Source: Candidatus Bathyarchaeota archaeon
Lineage (GTDB): Archaea > Thermoproteota > Bathyarchaeia > Bathyarchaeales > Bathycorpusculaceae
DNA: 64,000 nt
NCBI GenBank assembly: GCA_963811105.1
Contig: CAWEPZ010000011.1
Location: 960,001 to 1,024,000 of the forward strand
Direction of reading: 5' to 3'
Positions 20,731 to 31,286 of the stretch are shown here, in pieces. Within the stretch, counting starts at the first letter, position 1; every line of letters begins with the position of its first letter. The position numbers and the translations under genes are program-made. The notes below the pieces were generated by a model. The model ran no database searches, was not told the DNA's origin, and worked only from the letters and a program-made list of their open reading frames with translations.

Positions 20731-21318
20731 TTATTTCTCCTGTAGCACCTGAAGTTTAGCCTTGTATTCTTCCTCGGATATTTCTCCTTTAATAAACCTC
20801 ATTTTCAGCTGAACTAATGGGTCTTGAGCAGGTTGAGACTGAATAGAAGTGTTCTGCCTAAAAATCATCTCTGCAGGTTTGTTGAACTCCCAATCCGCTA
20901 TGCCAAGCAACTCTCCTTTATGTTTAATCGACACCGGTTCGACCGCGATGCTATTGTATGAAATTTCTAATGCATCTATGAAGTTTGCCATATCTTTTCG
21001 GCTAACTCTTTCCACGGTATATGAGGTGCCGTCCTCCATTTTAACCGTAACTTCTCCCCACGCAATTGCGCCTTTATGCGCACTTACTTGAAGTACTTTC
21101 TGCAAGGGTAAGGATTTGAAGTCATATCGTCCCAAGTGTTTTTCGTCGAAGTAAATAAGGCGAATGTTCGTAAGTATTATATAATTTGTTAGTTCAGCTA
21201 TCACAAAGCTTTTGAGGTAACTTATGATTTCTTCGCCAGGGGAAAGGTTCTTTTTTAAACTGTTTGGTAGCTTATCGATTAAGCTTTTAGTAGGTTTCTC
21301 GCTCACTTTTTTCACCAT
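20731..21318 (-). CDS. Bacterial PH-domain protein with C-terminal SHOCT domain
   Basis: LSPGEEI...ILTNIRLI PH motif; LKMRFIKGEISEEEY SHOCT motif. Confidence 0.8.
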   Translation of the reverse strand: MVKKVSEKPTKSLIDKLPNSLKKNLSPGEEIISYLKSFVIAELTNYIILTNIRLIYFDEKHLGRYDFKSLPLQKVLQVSAHKGAIAWGEVTVKMEDGTSYTVERVSRKDMANFIDALEISYNSIAVEPVSIKHKGELLGIADWEFNKPAEMIFRQNTSIQSQPAQDPLVQLKMRFIKGEISEEEYKAKLQVLQEK

Positions 21319-21723
21319 CTTACGTTAATTAGTGGTATTTGGCATTCTTATATTAAAAAGTATGCAGATTATGAAAATATTAGCGCACTTCAAAGTCTTA
21401 TGCCGTTTTAGACTATACTCTTACCCCATATTGAACATTGATTATATTACGTGCCTCACCTGGATACATGAAAACTCCAAAACCTTCGTATGAAGAGTTC
21501 AAAAGCTTGTTAAGATAAGTTAAGCTGGGAGAACAACCAATTGAAAAATTTTGTTTGTTGTTCTTCCAACCGCGAAATAATCTTTAGCCAAAACAAGAAA
21601 TTAAAGATCCATGCTTTCTTAGAGAAGGTAATGTTCCGGGTGAAATTTTTAGGTGAAAAACAGCTTCCTTTTTCTTAATCTTCCCTACCGTAGTAGTTAA
21701 AAACAAGAATTAACATTTGGTTT

Positions 21724-23609
21724 ATGGAGATTCTTTTGAAACTTCTGCCATTAACTAAACTAGGTGCTCGTGAAGGACCACTAGGCACTGTTAATTTTGG
21801 AATCTTCTTACCGTGGATATCCTCCGTTGACGGCAACAAGCTTTTCGTCAAAATTATCCACGAGAAAGACCAGTTTCTACAAAATATCCAGCCTCTCAAA
21901 TTTGAATTAGACCACTCAACAGATCCAGATTATGGTGATTACTGGTCAACGAGTCTGGACATACAGTCAATTGCTAAACCTACACCAGATTCAGTCTGGG
22001 GAACCAATGGACGATATGTCTACCGATACTGTTTAGAGAACCCAAACCTTGACGAAAGCAAATACCCCCAAAAACTGCTAGATTGGATTATCGACCCCTG
22101 CGCCAGTGAATTTGGCATAGGCAAACTCTCAGCCATAACCTTAGGCTACAAGCCATACCAATGGAGTCTAAACGAAGCCACCTGGAAAACGCCAGATCTA
22201 GAAGACCTAATAATTTATGAGTTAATGATTAACGAATTTGGCGGAAGCGTCGATCAAACAATAGCCAGATTAGATTACTTAGCAGACTTAGGGATAAACT
22301 GCATAGAGCTAATGCCTCTATCCAATGTTGCAGCAACAATAGATTGGGGTTACCTACCCATCGGCTACTTTGGCGTGGACGAACGCTTTGGAAACAGAAA
22401 AGATATGCAAAAGCTAATTGATGCAGCGCACCAACTTGGAATAGCAGTCATCGTTGACTCAGTATACGCCCACACAGCCGCCGACTTTGCCTACTTCTAT
22501 ATTTACAATGCTCTACAGTATCAGGACAACCCCTTCATAAAAGGAACCGATGAATACGGAAAAACTCCCAATTACGACAAAGCATTCACACAAGATTTCT
22601 TCTACACAGTCAATTACCAATGGCTAAAACAATTCCACGTTGATGGATTCCGCTACGATAATGTACCGAATTTTTGGGACGGCCCCACCGGAAATAAGTA
22701 CGCGGCACTTGCGTACGAAACGTATCAACTTATAAAATCAAAGAAAGATGACTCAGATTGGCAACGATTCTACAATAACGGAACAATCAACCTTATCCAA
22801 TGTGCCGAACAACTAAACGATCCGAAAGGAATTCTAACAGAAAGCTACTCAAACGCGACTTGGCAAGACAAAACCCTTAACGCTGGCGAAAAAATCGTCA
22901 AAGGAAACATGGACGAACTTACAAATTTGGGCTTCATGTTTTGCCTAGACCAATTCCCAAGGGTACAAACCACCAACGGAGACGCTATGCAAAAAACTGC
23001 GCTCCAATACTTTGAGAATCATGACCACTCACGATTCGTCTGCAACTTCAGCAACGTAGAGGGAGATCCGCTAATTTGGCAGGGAAACAGAAGCTCATTC
23101 TATAAACTGCAACCATACCTGATCGGGATGCTCATGGCTAAAGGGATTCCACTGCTTTGGCAAGGCCAAGAATTCGCAGAAAACTATTACCTGCCAAACC
23201 CTCAGACGCCACATCAATGGGGCGTATTCTATTGTTCCGACCAGTACGCTGGGACTACTTCTACGATCAGATTGGCAAATCAACAGTCGGCCTCGTCAGA
23301 AACCTCATTAAAATCCGCAGAAAGAACCTCCAAATAAGACAAGGAGAAGGCTATTTCCATAACGACCAAGCCAACCTACAAAAAAAAGGAATCCTTATTT
23401 TCCACCGTGTCGATGGCCAAAACTTTAGCCTGATAGCATTAAACTTTAGCGACCAAGACCAAAACGTGTCATTCACCTTCAATTTTGCAGGCAACTACAT
23501 CGATGAACTCCCTGGATACCAAGACATAGGCAACATAGCCCAAAGCGAAACACGAATAATTAACGTTCACAGCAACTATGGACGCATCCTCACCCTCAAA
23601 CAACCATAA
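21724..23609 (+). CDS. GH13 alpha-amylase/glycogen-branching-like glycosidase, one frameshift at ~23200
   Basis: IYEL, IELMP, WGY, DSVYAH, DGFRYD, AEQ, ENHDH and GIPLLWQGQEF motifs. The C-terminal domain (GRILLFRPVRWDYF...LNFSD) continues in ORF 23157-23609. Confidence 0.85.
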
Positions 23610-23783
23610 ACACGAGTACAAGGATAAACTGATAGAAAAATGTTAGCAGCCAGTTTTCTACTGTTCATTAATTATAACTTTTTAACCGCATAGAAAACAG
23701 GGTTAACCATGTATCCATGTCTATTGCATTTCTTCTTCTCTCAGTTAACCCGTCTTTTGCTGTTGCAACTTTGATTACAATTA

Positions 23784-24416
23784 TTAAAGCCCAGGTATGT
23801 TTGTATCTACAAGGTTTATGTCCATGTTGTAAGATTGTCCTTCAACTGTTGGAGAGGTCATCACCATTTTGATTGGCCATTGGATGCTGTTGTCAACGTA
23901 GTATGCTGCGCTGATTCCTTCGCTGCTATATTCGTAAACAGTGCATGTTCTTGTTCCAAGCTTCGGTATGGTTATTTGTGTGGTATATGTTTTGTCTAGT
24001 GTTAGGTTTTCTGGCTGGAAATTCATGTTTTCTCTGCTTACCCAGGTTGTGGTTGTATTTTCTGTTCCACCGAAAGGTGTTGACATGTTGTAGTAGGTTG
24101 ATAATTGCATGTGGGTTTGGTTTACATCAACAATTTCCATTCTTGCGTTGAAGGTGATACCCATTGATAAGATTTCAGCTTGGCCTGCATAGGTCGCATA
24201 AGCGCCCTTTTTGATCCAAGATTGTGGGCTGTCCTGATTATTAGTCGATCCGTTCTGATCGTTAGTTTGACTATTGGGTGATTGGTTACCTTCCCTCAAA
24301 AACGCCACAGTAGAGGCGAGTGCAGCAACTGCTATAATAGCTACTATTATGACAATGATTTTTTTGCTAAAAAAAGATTTTTTTGCGACTTGTTGATTGC
24401 TTTCCATTTCGGCCAC
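23784..24416 (-). CDS. Membrane-anchored hypothetical protein
   Basis: N-terminal TM (IIVIIVAIIAVAALA), N/Q/S linker and beta-rich C-domain. Confidence 0.75.
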   Translation of the reverse strand: MAEMESNQQVAKKSFFSKKIIVIIVAIIAVAALASTVAFLREGNQSPNSQTNDQNGSTNNQDSPQSWIKKGAYATYAGQAEILSMGITFNARMEIVDVNQTHMQLSTYYNMSTPFGGTENTTTTWVSRENMNFQPENLTLDKTYTTQITIPKLGTRTCTVYEYSSEGISAAYYVDNSIQWPIKMVMTSPTVEGQSYNMDINLVDTNIPGL

Positions 24417-24652
24417 TGTTTAATTGCACGAATTCTTAATAAACAATATATACCTTATGGAGACAGAGTAAGAACCAGAACTACAATCACCCACCGTACC
24501 CGCATCGTATTTGTTCGAGACTCACGACCAATTCTTTATTCGGTCGGTAAAACAACGACAAAAACAAATTGGGCTATTGTTCTCTTGATACTAAAATGGC
24601 ATTATTGGTTGTTGAAAGAATCCTTATATCCCATCCTCAGCAATAGGCTCGC

Positions 24653-25120
24653 ATGGCAGAACCAAAAAACGGCCGACCAATTTTCTTCCCCCAAAAATTG
24701 GTTCTACTTGGCAACCTCGCCCTTTTTGCATGGATTATTCTTGATGCAATTGCTTTTCTACTGTATGATTTAACGATTGGCATTGTATTTCTTGTGGCGA
24801 CGCTGATCTTAATTTATGGCTTACTGCATCTTCTAGGTTGTCTTCGTCCATGCTACAACTGCATAAAATGCACTCACGGCATGGGACGCTTAGCAGCATT
24901 ATACTTTGGCAAACGCATCTTCAAAGACTACAAATACAGCTACAAACTGCCCACAGCAATACTCTTCACTCTATATATTGGGGCGTTTCCAGCAACATTC
25001 GCACTTTACTCTGCCGCCATAGATTTCACAGTCATCAAAGCAGCGGTTTTTGTAATTCTTTTAGCATTTACAATCTATAGCGGCCTAACGTGGCGAACAA
25101 AAAAACGCTCGAACACATAG
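24653..25120 (+). CDS. 4-TM membrane protein with Cys cluster
   Basis: Hydrophobic helices around CLRPCYNCIKCTHGMG. Confidence 0.7.
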   Translation: MAEPKNGRPIFFPQKLVLLGNLALFAWIILDAIAFLLYDLTIGIVFLVATLILIYGLLHLLGCLRPCYNCIKCTHGMGRLAALYFGKRIFKDYKYSYKLPTAILFTLYIGAFPATFALYSAAIDFTVIKAAVFVILLAFTIYSGLTWRTKKRSNT

Positions 25121-25179
25121 AGGCAAAATTACACTGCAACTGCAAACCCAAAAATGAAGAAATTCTTCAACCAGTTGTG

Positions 25180-25722
25180 CTATGCCTGAGCTGTTTTAAT
25201 CAAGTTAGCAGTATTGAAACCTTTCCCGTTGACAAACTCAATAAGTTCTGAAAAAAGCGACTCAGCCATCTGCGTCGTTCTGCTTAAAATCCAGAGGTAA
25301 TTACGGTCGGGTGTACCGACAACTGCATAGTCATAGTCTTGACCTAACTTAATAATCCAGTAATCACCATGAAATGGCCTAAAGAATGTAACTTTAAGTT
25401 TAGCTCCAGAAGTTTTGTCAACCACCTTAGCCTTGCCTTTTGCCTTTTTATATTTACCATTTTTTGTGCATTCATTCAAAACGGATATACTGCCATCTTT
25501 TAGCAACGAATAAGTAGCTGTTGTGTGGTCACACCCTTCTTGAAATTTAGCGGGAAGACGAGCAATCTCATACCATTTACCTAAATATCTTTCAAGCTCT
25601 ACTTTGGGAACGACCTCAAGCGCAGTATTAGTCAAAATATTCACGCCAATATCAATTAAGAAATATCGCACATTAACTTTTCCTTTTAATTTGTAGTTTG
25701 CCTTGCAGAAAAAAATTCTCAT
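25180..25722 (-). CDS. Lipocalin (Blc-like)
   Basis: RYLGKWYEIAR, GDYWI, YAVVG and YLWILSRT lipocalin motifs. Confidence 0.9.
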   Translation of the reverse strand: MRIFFCKANYKLKGKVNVRYFLIDIGVNILTNTALEVVPKVELERYLGKWYEIARLPAKFQEGCDHTTATYSLLKDGSISVLNECTKNGKYKKAKGKAKVVDKTSGAKLKVTFFRPFHGDYWIIKLGQDYDYAVVGTPDRNYLWILSRTTQMAESLFSELIEFVNGKGFNTANLIKTAQA

Positions 25723-25752
25723 CTCGGTTCAATAGGTCATTAATTAGTTTCC

Positions 25753-26046
25753 TTGCACTGCATGGAAACTATCTTATCTTACTTTAAAGTAGTAATATTT
25801 GGTGAGAGCAATTTGGTGCAGCAATGTGTAACCGTTTCTACAAAAATCCCCAAGCAACTTAAAGAAAAAATTCAGAAATTCAAAATCAAGCCATCCAAGA
25901 TTTTGCGAAAAGCCCTTGAAGATGAAGTAAAGAAAAGAGAAGTGGAAGAGCTAAAATTAGAGATAGACAAGTTAAAGCCAATTCTGGATAAGGTCAGCGT
26001 CGAAGACATCGTGAAAAGCATAAGAGAAGACCGGGACAGCCGATGA
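25753..26046 (+). CDS. vapB: VapB-like antitoxin (RHH/CopG type), likely start ~25813
   Basis: VTVSTKIPKQLKE...IREDRDSR; ATGA overlap with the PIN gene. Confidence 0.8.
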   Translation: MHCMETILSYFKVVIFGESNLVQQCVTVSTKIPKQLKEKIQKFKIKPSKILRKALEDEVKKREVEELKLEIDKLKPILDKVSVEDIVKSIREDRDSR

Positions 26047-26438
26047 AGTCTCTTTTTGATTCATCAGCCATTTTTAGAGCCGTTAAAGAAAACAAAATCG
26101 AGTTTTTGGCTGGAAATTACACGTTAGAGTTAGCAAGATATGAATTGGAAAACATCATTTGGAAAGAATGCGTCTTGCATGCAAAGGTTTCAGAGCAAGA
26201 AGCAAAAATGATCGCGAAAACAATCAATCATACCCTAGACTTAATGGACCTAATAGAAATAGCGGGGAACGAAGATGAAATCTTGGATACAGCAATAAAA
26301 CTCAAAATTACTTTTTATGACGCTTCATATGCTTATTTTGCTAAAACAAAAGATCTTAGATTAATAACAGAAGACGCCCGATTAATCAAAAAGATAACAT
26401 CTACAACAAACGCTACTACGCTAGAGAGCATCAAATAA
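26043..26438 (+). CDS. vapC: VapC PIN-domain toxin
   Basis: LFDSSA, YELENIIWK, ITFYDASY and LITED PIN acidic residues. Confidence 0.88.
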   Translation: MKSLFDSSAIFRAVKENKIEFLAGNYTLELARYELENIIWKECVLHAKVSEQEAKMIAKTINHTLDLMDLIEIAGNEDEILDTAIKLKITFYDASYAYFAKTKDLRLITEDARLIKKITSTTNATTLESIK

Positions 26439-26447
26439 CTCCTCCTT

Positions 26448-26497
26448 ACAGATTGCAGACCTGTCATATATGGGTTCAACTCCCATCCCCGGCTCCA
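26448..26497 (+). other. tRNA-Cys(GCA) 3' half (anticodon arm, T-arm, acceptor 3' strand, U73, CCA); att-like remnant
   Basis: ACAGA-TTGCAGA-CCTGT CATAT ATGGG-TTCAACT-CCCAT CCCCGGC T CCA. No 5' acceptor strand or D-arm upstream. Confidence 0.75.
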
Positions 26498-26566
26498 ATT
26501 GTTTTAACTTGAAATTGCAGAAATCTTCTTACCTTACGCAGTTGTTATACTATTTCGGTAATACCA

Positions 26567-26797
26567 ATGAGTATGGAAGAAACAGTATGCGCCAAGGTTC
26601 CCGCTGGACTCAAAAAAAAGTTATCCAGCCTAGGCGTGAACGTAAGCAAGGTTATACGTGAATCCTTACAGTCAGAAGTAGACCGACTGGAAAAAGAAAA
26701 GCTAGACAAACTTGCCAAAGAGGTATCCGCCATATTCAAAAAAATTCCGCCTGAAGAGTTCGCCCAATCCGTCCGTGCCTCAAGGGACAGCAGATGA
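26567..26797 (+). CDS. vapB: VapB-like antitoxin
   Basis: TVCAKVPAGLKKKLSSLGVNVSKVIR...VRASRDSR; ATGA overlap with the PIN gene. Confidence 0.8.
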   Translation: MSMEETVCAKVPAGLKKKLSSLGVNVSKVIRESLQSEVDRLEKEKLDKLAKEVSAIFKKIPPEEFAQSVRASRDSR

Positions 26798-27234
26798 CAG
26801 AGCTGCGGTTATTGTTTGATGCTAATGCCATATTCAGGCTTATCAGAGAATGCCCTGAAAAAGCTATGGACAAGCTGATGGAAGGGGCAACGATTAGTTT
26901 AGCGTATTATGAGCTTGGCAACGCTTTGTGAAGAGAGACTCATTTGCTTAAGAGGATAAGCATTGAGGAAGCCGAGAAATCGTTGAGCCTAATGTATGCG
27001 ATGCTTGTGCGCATGCAGGTAGTCGAGGTCTATCGCGAACAAGGAATCGAAATACTGCAAACGGCTCATAAGTATAATCTAACGTTTTATGACTCCGCAT
27101 ATCTTGTAGCTGCAAAGAAAGCCAGTAAAATCCTAATAACAGATGACAACAAACTTGCTAAAGCCGCAGAAATCTTGGGCATAGAAACTCTATCAAGCAA
27201 TACATTGACCGCTAACCAAAAACACAAAGGGTAG
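26794..27234 (+). pseudogene. vapC: VapC PIN toxin with in-frame TGA at 26929-26931
   Basis: MTELRLLFDANA...YELGNAL*RETH...LTFYDSAY...LITDD. Paralogs have W (NIIWK, NVLWR) at the stop position. Confidence 0.8.
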
Positions 27235-27281
27235 CCTGCAGAGCGACTCTACATGGGTTCGAATCCCACCCCTGCACTCCA
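27231..27281 (+). other. Second tRNA-Cys(GCA) 3' half; att-like remnant
   Basis: GTAGC-CTGCAGA-GCGAC TCTAC ATGGG-TTCGAAT-CCCAC CCCTGCAC T CCA; overlaps the vapC stop codon. Confidence 0.7.
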
Positions 27282-27514
27282 ATCTGACCCAATCGCATCT
27301 TTGTTGCTGTAGCTTGAAGTTGAAGAGTGGAGGCAGAAAGGATTCTACGTTAGCTCCGATGCTTAAGCGATTGAAGTTTTTAGGAAGATTCATAGCTTTA
27401 GGATTCTTGGATTCAAAGATCCGGATAAGAAGTCGATGCTGCAGACAGTTGGATCTGATTTTTAATGGAAAAGTTTATTATAATACGTTATATGGTGATT
27501 ATAGATGATGTATA

Positions 27515-27748
27515 ATGAGTGAAGAAGAAGCCACCACCATACAGCTTAAGAAATCCACAGTTAAGGAGCTGAAAAACATCAGAAGGTACCCCAGAGAAAC
27601 CTACAACGAGACCATCTCTAACCTGATAAAACTGGCAAAAGAATCCAAAACCCGAAGACAATACGACGAATTCCTCCACAAGATTCAACAATCAAAAATG
27701 AAGGAGTTGTGGGACAACACAGAAGATGAGGCTTGGGAACATGCTTAA
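27515..27748 (+). CDS. Antitoxin-like small protein paired with a PemK/MazF toxin
   Basis: TTIQLKKST...RETYNETI N-terminal DNA-binding motif and LWDNTEDEAW C-terminus; overlaps the toxin gene. Confidence 0.75.
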   Translation: MSEEEATTIQLKKSTVKELKNIRRYPRETYNETISNLIKLAKESKTRRQYDEFLHKIQQSKMKELWDNTEDEAWEHA

Positions 27749-28055
27749 AGCCGGAGACGTTATCGTTGCAAGCGTACAATTTACAGATACTGCTGAAGTG
27801 AAGACCCGACCGGCAGTGGTCCTGTTTGAAGAGTTAGGAAACGTTGTGATAGCAGGGATAACAAGCAATCTCAAAATGAAGGGATTACCACTATCCAAAA
27901 GTGAGGGCGCCATAAAAGACAGCGTAATAAAACTTAACTACATCTTCACCATCTCCAATGAAATGGTTTCTAAAGTCATCTTTCAATTGAGCAAAGAGAA
28001 AAAGCGTCTCATATTCGATGAGCTTGGCAAAAGGCTTGATGGCCTCAAAGCATAA
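27726..28055 (+). CDS. PemK/MazF family toxin (likely start ATG 27741)
   Basis: GDVI...FTD...KTRPAVVL...AGITS motifs. Confidence 0.85.
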   Translation: MRLGNMLKAGDVIVASVQFTDTAEVKTRPAVVLFEELGNVVIAGITSNLKMKGLPLSKSEGAIKDSVIKLNYIFTISNEMVSKVIFQLSKEKKRLIFDELGKRLDGLKA

Positions 28056-28331
28056 CCTTCATTGCTTGTCTTTTCAGGCGGGATGCAAAACCAACATTGC
28101 AAAAGGCTGTTGTTATTTCGTTAACAGTGTCTTCTTTGGAAATCTGTTAAGAAGTAACGCTTACGAACTATTTCTCACAATAACCAACTCTCTCAACAAA
28201 AACAATAAAGTACTAAATTGCCTCCATTCTTCTCTCTATTCGGATCTTTAAGTTCAGAATATTACTGAAGAATTTTCTAAGTAAGTCTTAATAGCAGATG
28301 ACTGTAAAATAGCGGGAAGGGTAAGTTTGGG

Positions 28332-29180
28332 ATGCAGCAGTTAGAGTTACATGATCTTAGCGCAGGATATGGTCTTGAAGAGGTAATTCACAAAATTAAT
28401 CTGAAGCTAACTGAACCATCAATCTACGTCGTATTGGGACCAAATGGTGCTGGAAAAACTACTCTTTTCAGAGCTATTTCGGGTATTTTGAAACCTTTTT
28501 CTGGACAAGTCAGGTTAGATAACTTTGATCTGTTCAATTCTAAAGAAGCAAGGCAGAAGGTGGCTTACCTTTCTCACCTAAATGCTCTTCCGGAAGAAAT
28601 GACTGTCTACAATGCCCTCAAGTACTATGCTGATATTGAAGGTGGAGATGTTGAGCACGTCATTAACGTTTTAAACCTCAATGATCTTCGCAATAAAAAA
28701 TTCTCTTCTCTCTCACAAGGACAGAAAAAAAGGGTTTCAGTCGGCAAGATCTTTCTTAGAGAAAGAGACCTCTACCTTCTTGACGAGCCAACTTCCAACG
28801 TAGACCCAAAAATCTCCAAAGAAATAAGACAATTACTAACTGAACTAAGCAAGGATAAGTTTGTCCTCTACTCTTCCCATAATCTCTATGAAGCAAGAGA
28901 AATCGGCACATATCTAATTGTGATAAAAAATGGTGCATTAACGTATTTTGATAGAATAGAAAATGTAAAGACAAAACAATATCGTGTAGGTTTCAAGACT
29001 CTAAATGATATATCAAAGATGCTTCCAAATTCCAAGCTTGAAAATGGATATTTTGTAATCACTGTCCAAAGCTCTGAGGAGGTAGCTGAGATCGTTGATA
29101 AAGTTGTGGCACAGGGCGCTAAAATAATTGAGCTTCGCGAGCTGGATAATCCATTGCAGGAGTTCTTTGAGGAGGTATAA
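28332..29180 (+). CDS. ABC transporter ATP-binding protein
   Basis: GPNGAGKTT, LSQGQ, LLDEPT and SSH motifs. Confidence 0.93.
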   Translation: MQQLELHDLSAGYGLEEVIHKINLKLTEPSIYVVLGPNGAGKTTLFRAISGILKPFSGQVRLDNFDLFNSKEARQKVAYLSHLNALPEEMTVYNALKYYADIEGGDVEHVINVLNLNDLRNKKFSSLSQGQKKRVSVGKIFLRERDLYLLDEPTSNVDPKISKEIRQLLTELSKDKFVLYSSHNLYEAREIGTYLIVIKNGALTYFDRIENVKTKQYRVGFKTLNDISKMLPNSKLENGYFVITVQSSEEVAEIVDKVVAQGAKIIELRELDNPLQEFFEEV

Positions 29181-29203
29181 GTCTGGGGTTTTGGCAAGTT
29201 ACT

Positions 29204-29893
29204 ATGAAAAGAAGCACGCGGCTAAGCAAAAGTTACATTATCATAGGGATATTTCTAACCATATATGGAGTAGTTCTTTCAAACCTTACGACAATAATTC
29301 CATCAATAATTCCACCTGGAACGAATACCCCTGCGCCCATCGATTTAATAAACAATTTCCCACTCATCTCAATAGCTTTGCTGTCCTTTTCAGCCGTTCT
29401 ATTTGCACTGCCGGCAATAATGCTCTTTGTATACGATAAAAATAACGGAGTCTTAGAATATCTCCTCTCAACAGGTCTTGACCAACTAGACATCTTCAAA
29501 GGCTATGTAAAAGCCTCATTAGTTTTAGCAACATATTTGCTATTCTTTGCAATCATACTAAACACAGCAGTGGGCATTCTACTAGGAACCAATCTGACCT
29601 TGATAGTTAGTATAGCAATTCTTACATTCGCAATCGGTATCTCAGAAGTATTTCTCGTAAGCATCTGCATGATAGCCTTTAGCTCCCTTCAAAAAACACC
29701 TATGGGTGCAAACCAACCATTAGGAGTCATCGTAGGCATCATCCCAATGTTTCCTGCTTTACTACTACCTCTTGCGTTTCCCACATACGCCATATTAGTT
29801 GACTTAACCATTGCCGCTATTACCTTGCTTGCTTCATTAGCTCTGTTACTGTCCACTGGCCGCCTGATCCGCAGAGAAAAACTACTACCCTAA
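29204..29893 (+). CDS. ABC-2 type permease
   Basis: Six TM segments; YDKNNGVLEYLLS motif; follows the ATPase. Confidence 0.8.
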   Translation: MKRSTRLSKSYIIIGIFLTIYGVVLSNLTTIIPSIIPPGTNTPAPIDLINNFPLISIALLSFSAVLFALPAIMLFVYDKNNGVLEYLLSTGLDQLDIFKGYVKASLVLATYLLFFAIILNTAVGILLGTNLTLIVSIAILTFAIGISEVFLVSICMIAFSSLQKTPMGANQPLGVIVGIIPMFPALLLPLAFPTYAILVDLTIAAITLLASLALLLSTGRLIRREKLLP

Positions 29894-29899
29894 AGATGT

Positions 29900-29996
29900 T
29901 ATGGCAGAACCTAAAAACACATGAACCCAAAGAGGCAAAATCATAGTGCAGTTGTAAACCCAAAAAATAGAGAAGTCTTCAACCCGCTTACTTTAA
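29900..29996 (+). pseudogene. Collapsed remnant of a paralog of 24653-25120 plus its downstream sequence
   Basis: ATGGCAGAACCTAAAAAC matches the start at 24653 and is joined directly to sequence resembling 25105-25175 (GAGGCAAAAT...TGCA...AAACCCAAAAA...TCTTCAACC). Confidence 0.55.
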
Positions 29997-30035
29997 TACT
30001 GGATTGATTTCGGATAGGCAGTTGAAAAATTATCA

Positions 30036-30653
30036 ATGGAACATCACATTAATCATCATATTGACCGCGTCAAGTTCTTAATGTCCCAAGAAAGAAAACA
30101 GCAGCATAATCCAGAAACCATTCTAAACGAGGCAAGGGCAACGAAGGGAATGATCATGGCAGACTTGGGTTCGGGACCTGGCTTCTTCACTATACCACTG
30201 GCACAGATGACAGGAGAAAAAGGCCTCGTATACGCCGTCGATAGCAACCAGACAATGCTAAATGGCTTAAGAGAAAACATTGCCAAGTCAGAAGTGAACC
30301 CAAATATCATAAAAATAGTAAATAGTGATGTGTGTCATACAGGAATCCCTAAAGAATCCGTCGACCTTGTCATATTCGCCAACGTTCTACATGAGGTAGA
30401 GGATAAGAAAGCGTTCTTCCAAGAAGTTAGACGTATAGCTAAACCAACAGCTTACGTTGTTGATGTAGACTGGAAGAAGATCCAAACTGAACATGGACCG
30501 CCGTTTAAAGAACGACTCTCGGAAGATGAGGCCAATCGGGCTCTTGTAGAGAACTGTTTCTCTGCCATTAAACAAATTGACATTGGACCATATCATTATG
30601 AGATAATTTGTAGGCCAACAGCTCACTTTCAAGAGTCTCAGCCTCAAGCATGA
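30036..30653 (+). CDS. Class I SAM-dependent methyltransferase
   Basis: ADLGSGPG, VYAVD, VLHEV and DWKK..T.HGPP motifs. Confidence 0.88.
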   Translation: MEHHINHHIDRVKFLMSQERKQQHNPETILNEARATKGMIMADLGSGPGFFTIPLAQMTGEKGLVYAVDSNQTMLNGLRENIAKSEVNPNIIKIVNSDVCHTGIPKESVDLVIFANVLHEVEDKKAFFQEVRRIAKPTAYVVDVDWKKIQTEHGPPFKERLSEDEANRALVENCFSAIKQIDIGPYHYEIICRPTAHFQESQPQA

Positions 30654-30869
30654 ATGGGCAACCTCACTCGAACCGAATGCAACAACCAAATTCAGTTACT
30701 TGGTGCTTCTGATTTGATGGCAGAACAACAACAATACGCTAGCATCTGTTGTTGTTCTTTTGTTAAAATATGAGTGATTGAAAGAAGAAAAAATTGCCTT
30801 TTCGGAAAAATCGATTTTTTCTTCCTGATCTTTCGAATTTTTTTCTTTTTCCTTATGGAATTTGTAAGC

Positions 30870-31100
30870 GGTTCTATTGCAAAGATTCTGAGCAAAGCTC
30901 TGACTTCTATACAAATGAAAACATGTCGCTTAGGCTTAGTGGTTGATGATGAGGGTGAAAAAAACACGCCATCATCATCTACCTTTGATAAGTTAATTTT
31001 GCCATTTGAATTGCCTTCAATTGAGCAAGAACTCAAGACTTTAGCTGGAGCATTGAAATGTCTTGAAACGGCGAATTTAGATAAGACTGATGTCTTTGAT
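30870..31100 (+). pseudogene. Third, internal fragment of the MARGKPW Myb/HTH gene
   Basis: SIAKILSKALTSIQMKTCRLGLVVDDEGEKNTPSSSTFDKLILPFELPSIEQELKTLAGALKCLETANLDKTDV, with both ends missing. Confidence 0.8.
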
Positions 31101-31286
31101 TATTTTGTTGATCAGGCCTATTCCAATTTGAAAAACTAATCAACCGTATCTAAACCGTAAGCTTACAACAATTGAGTCTCAATTAAAAAAGAAAGTTGCA
31201 GAACCTGCGCTTCTACTGATTAGCCGGTTGCTTTTTTCTTGATTACTAGAACAATGAAGCTTAACAACGGAAACGCAAAATTTGAT

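Noticed and set aside
26929-26931. In-frame TGA as selenocysteine or recoding
   Set aside because: Paralogous VapCs have Trp here, and TGA is used as a normal stop elsewhere in the window.
26448-27281. Intact or trans-spliced split tRNA-Cys genes
   Set aside because: There is no 5' acceptor strand or D-arm, the fragments include the whole anticodon arm with stem mismatches, and I saw no BHB-forming leader.
28332-29893. ABC transporter as the exporter of the RiPP cluster
   Set aside because: It is 11 kb away, separated by unrelated genes, and has no peptidase domain.
31195-31230. tRNA-like remnant behind the third vapC (reverse: GCTAATCAGTAGAAGCGCAGGTTC)
   Set aside because: It is too degenerate, with no complete T-arm or acceptor end.
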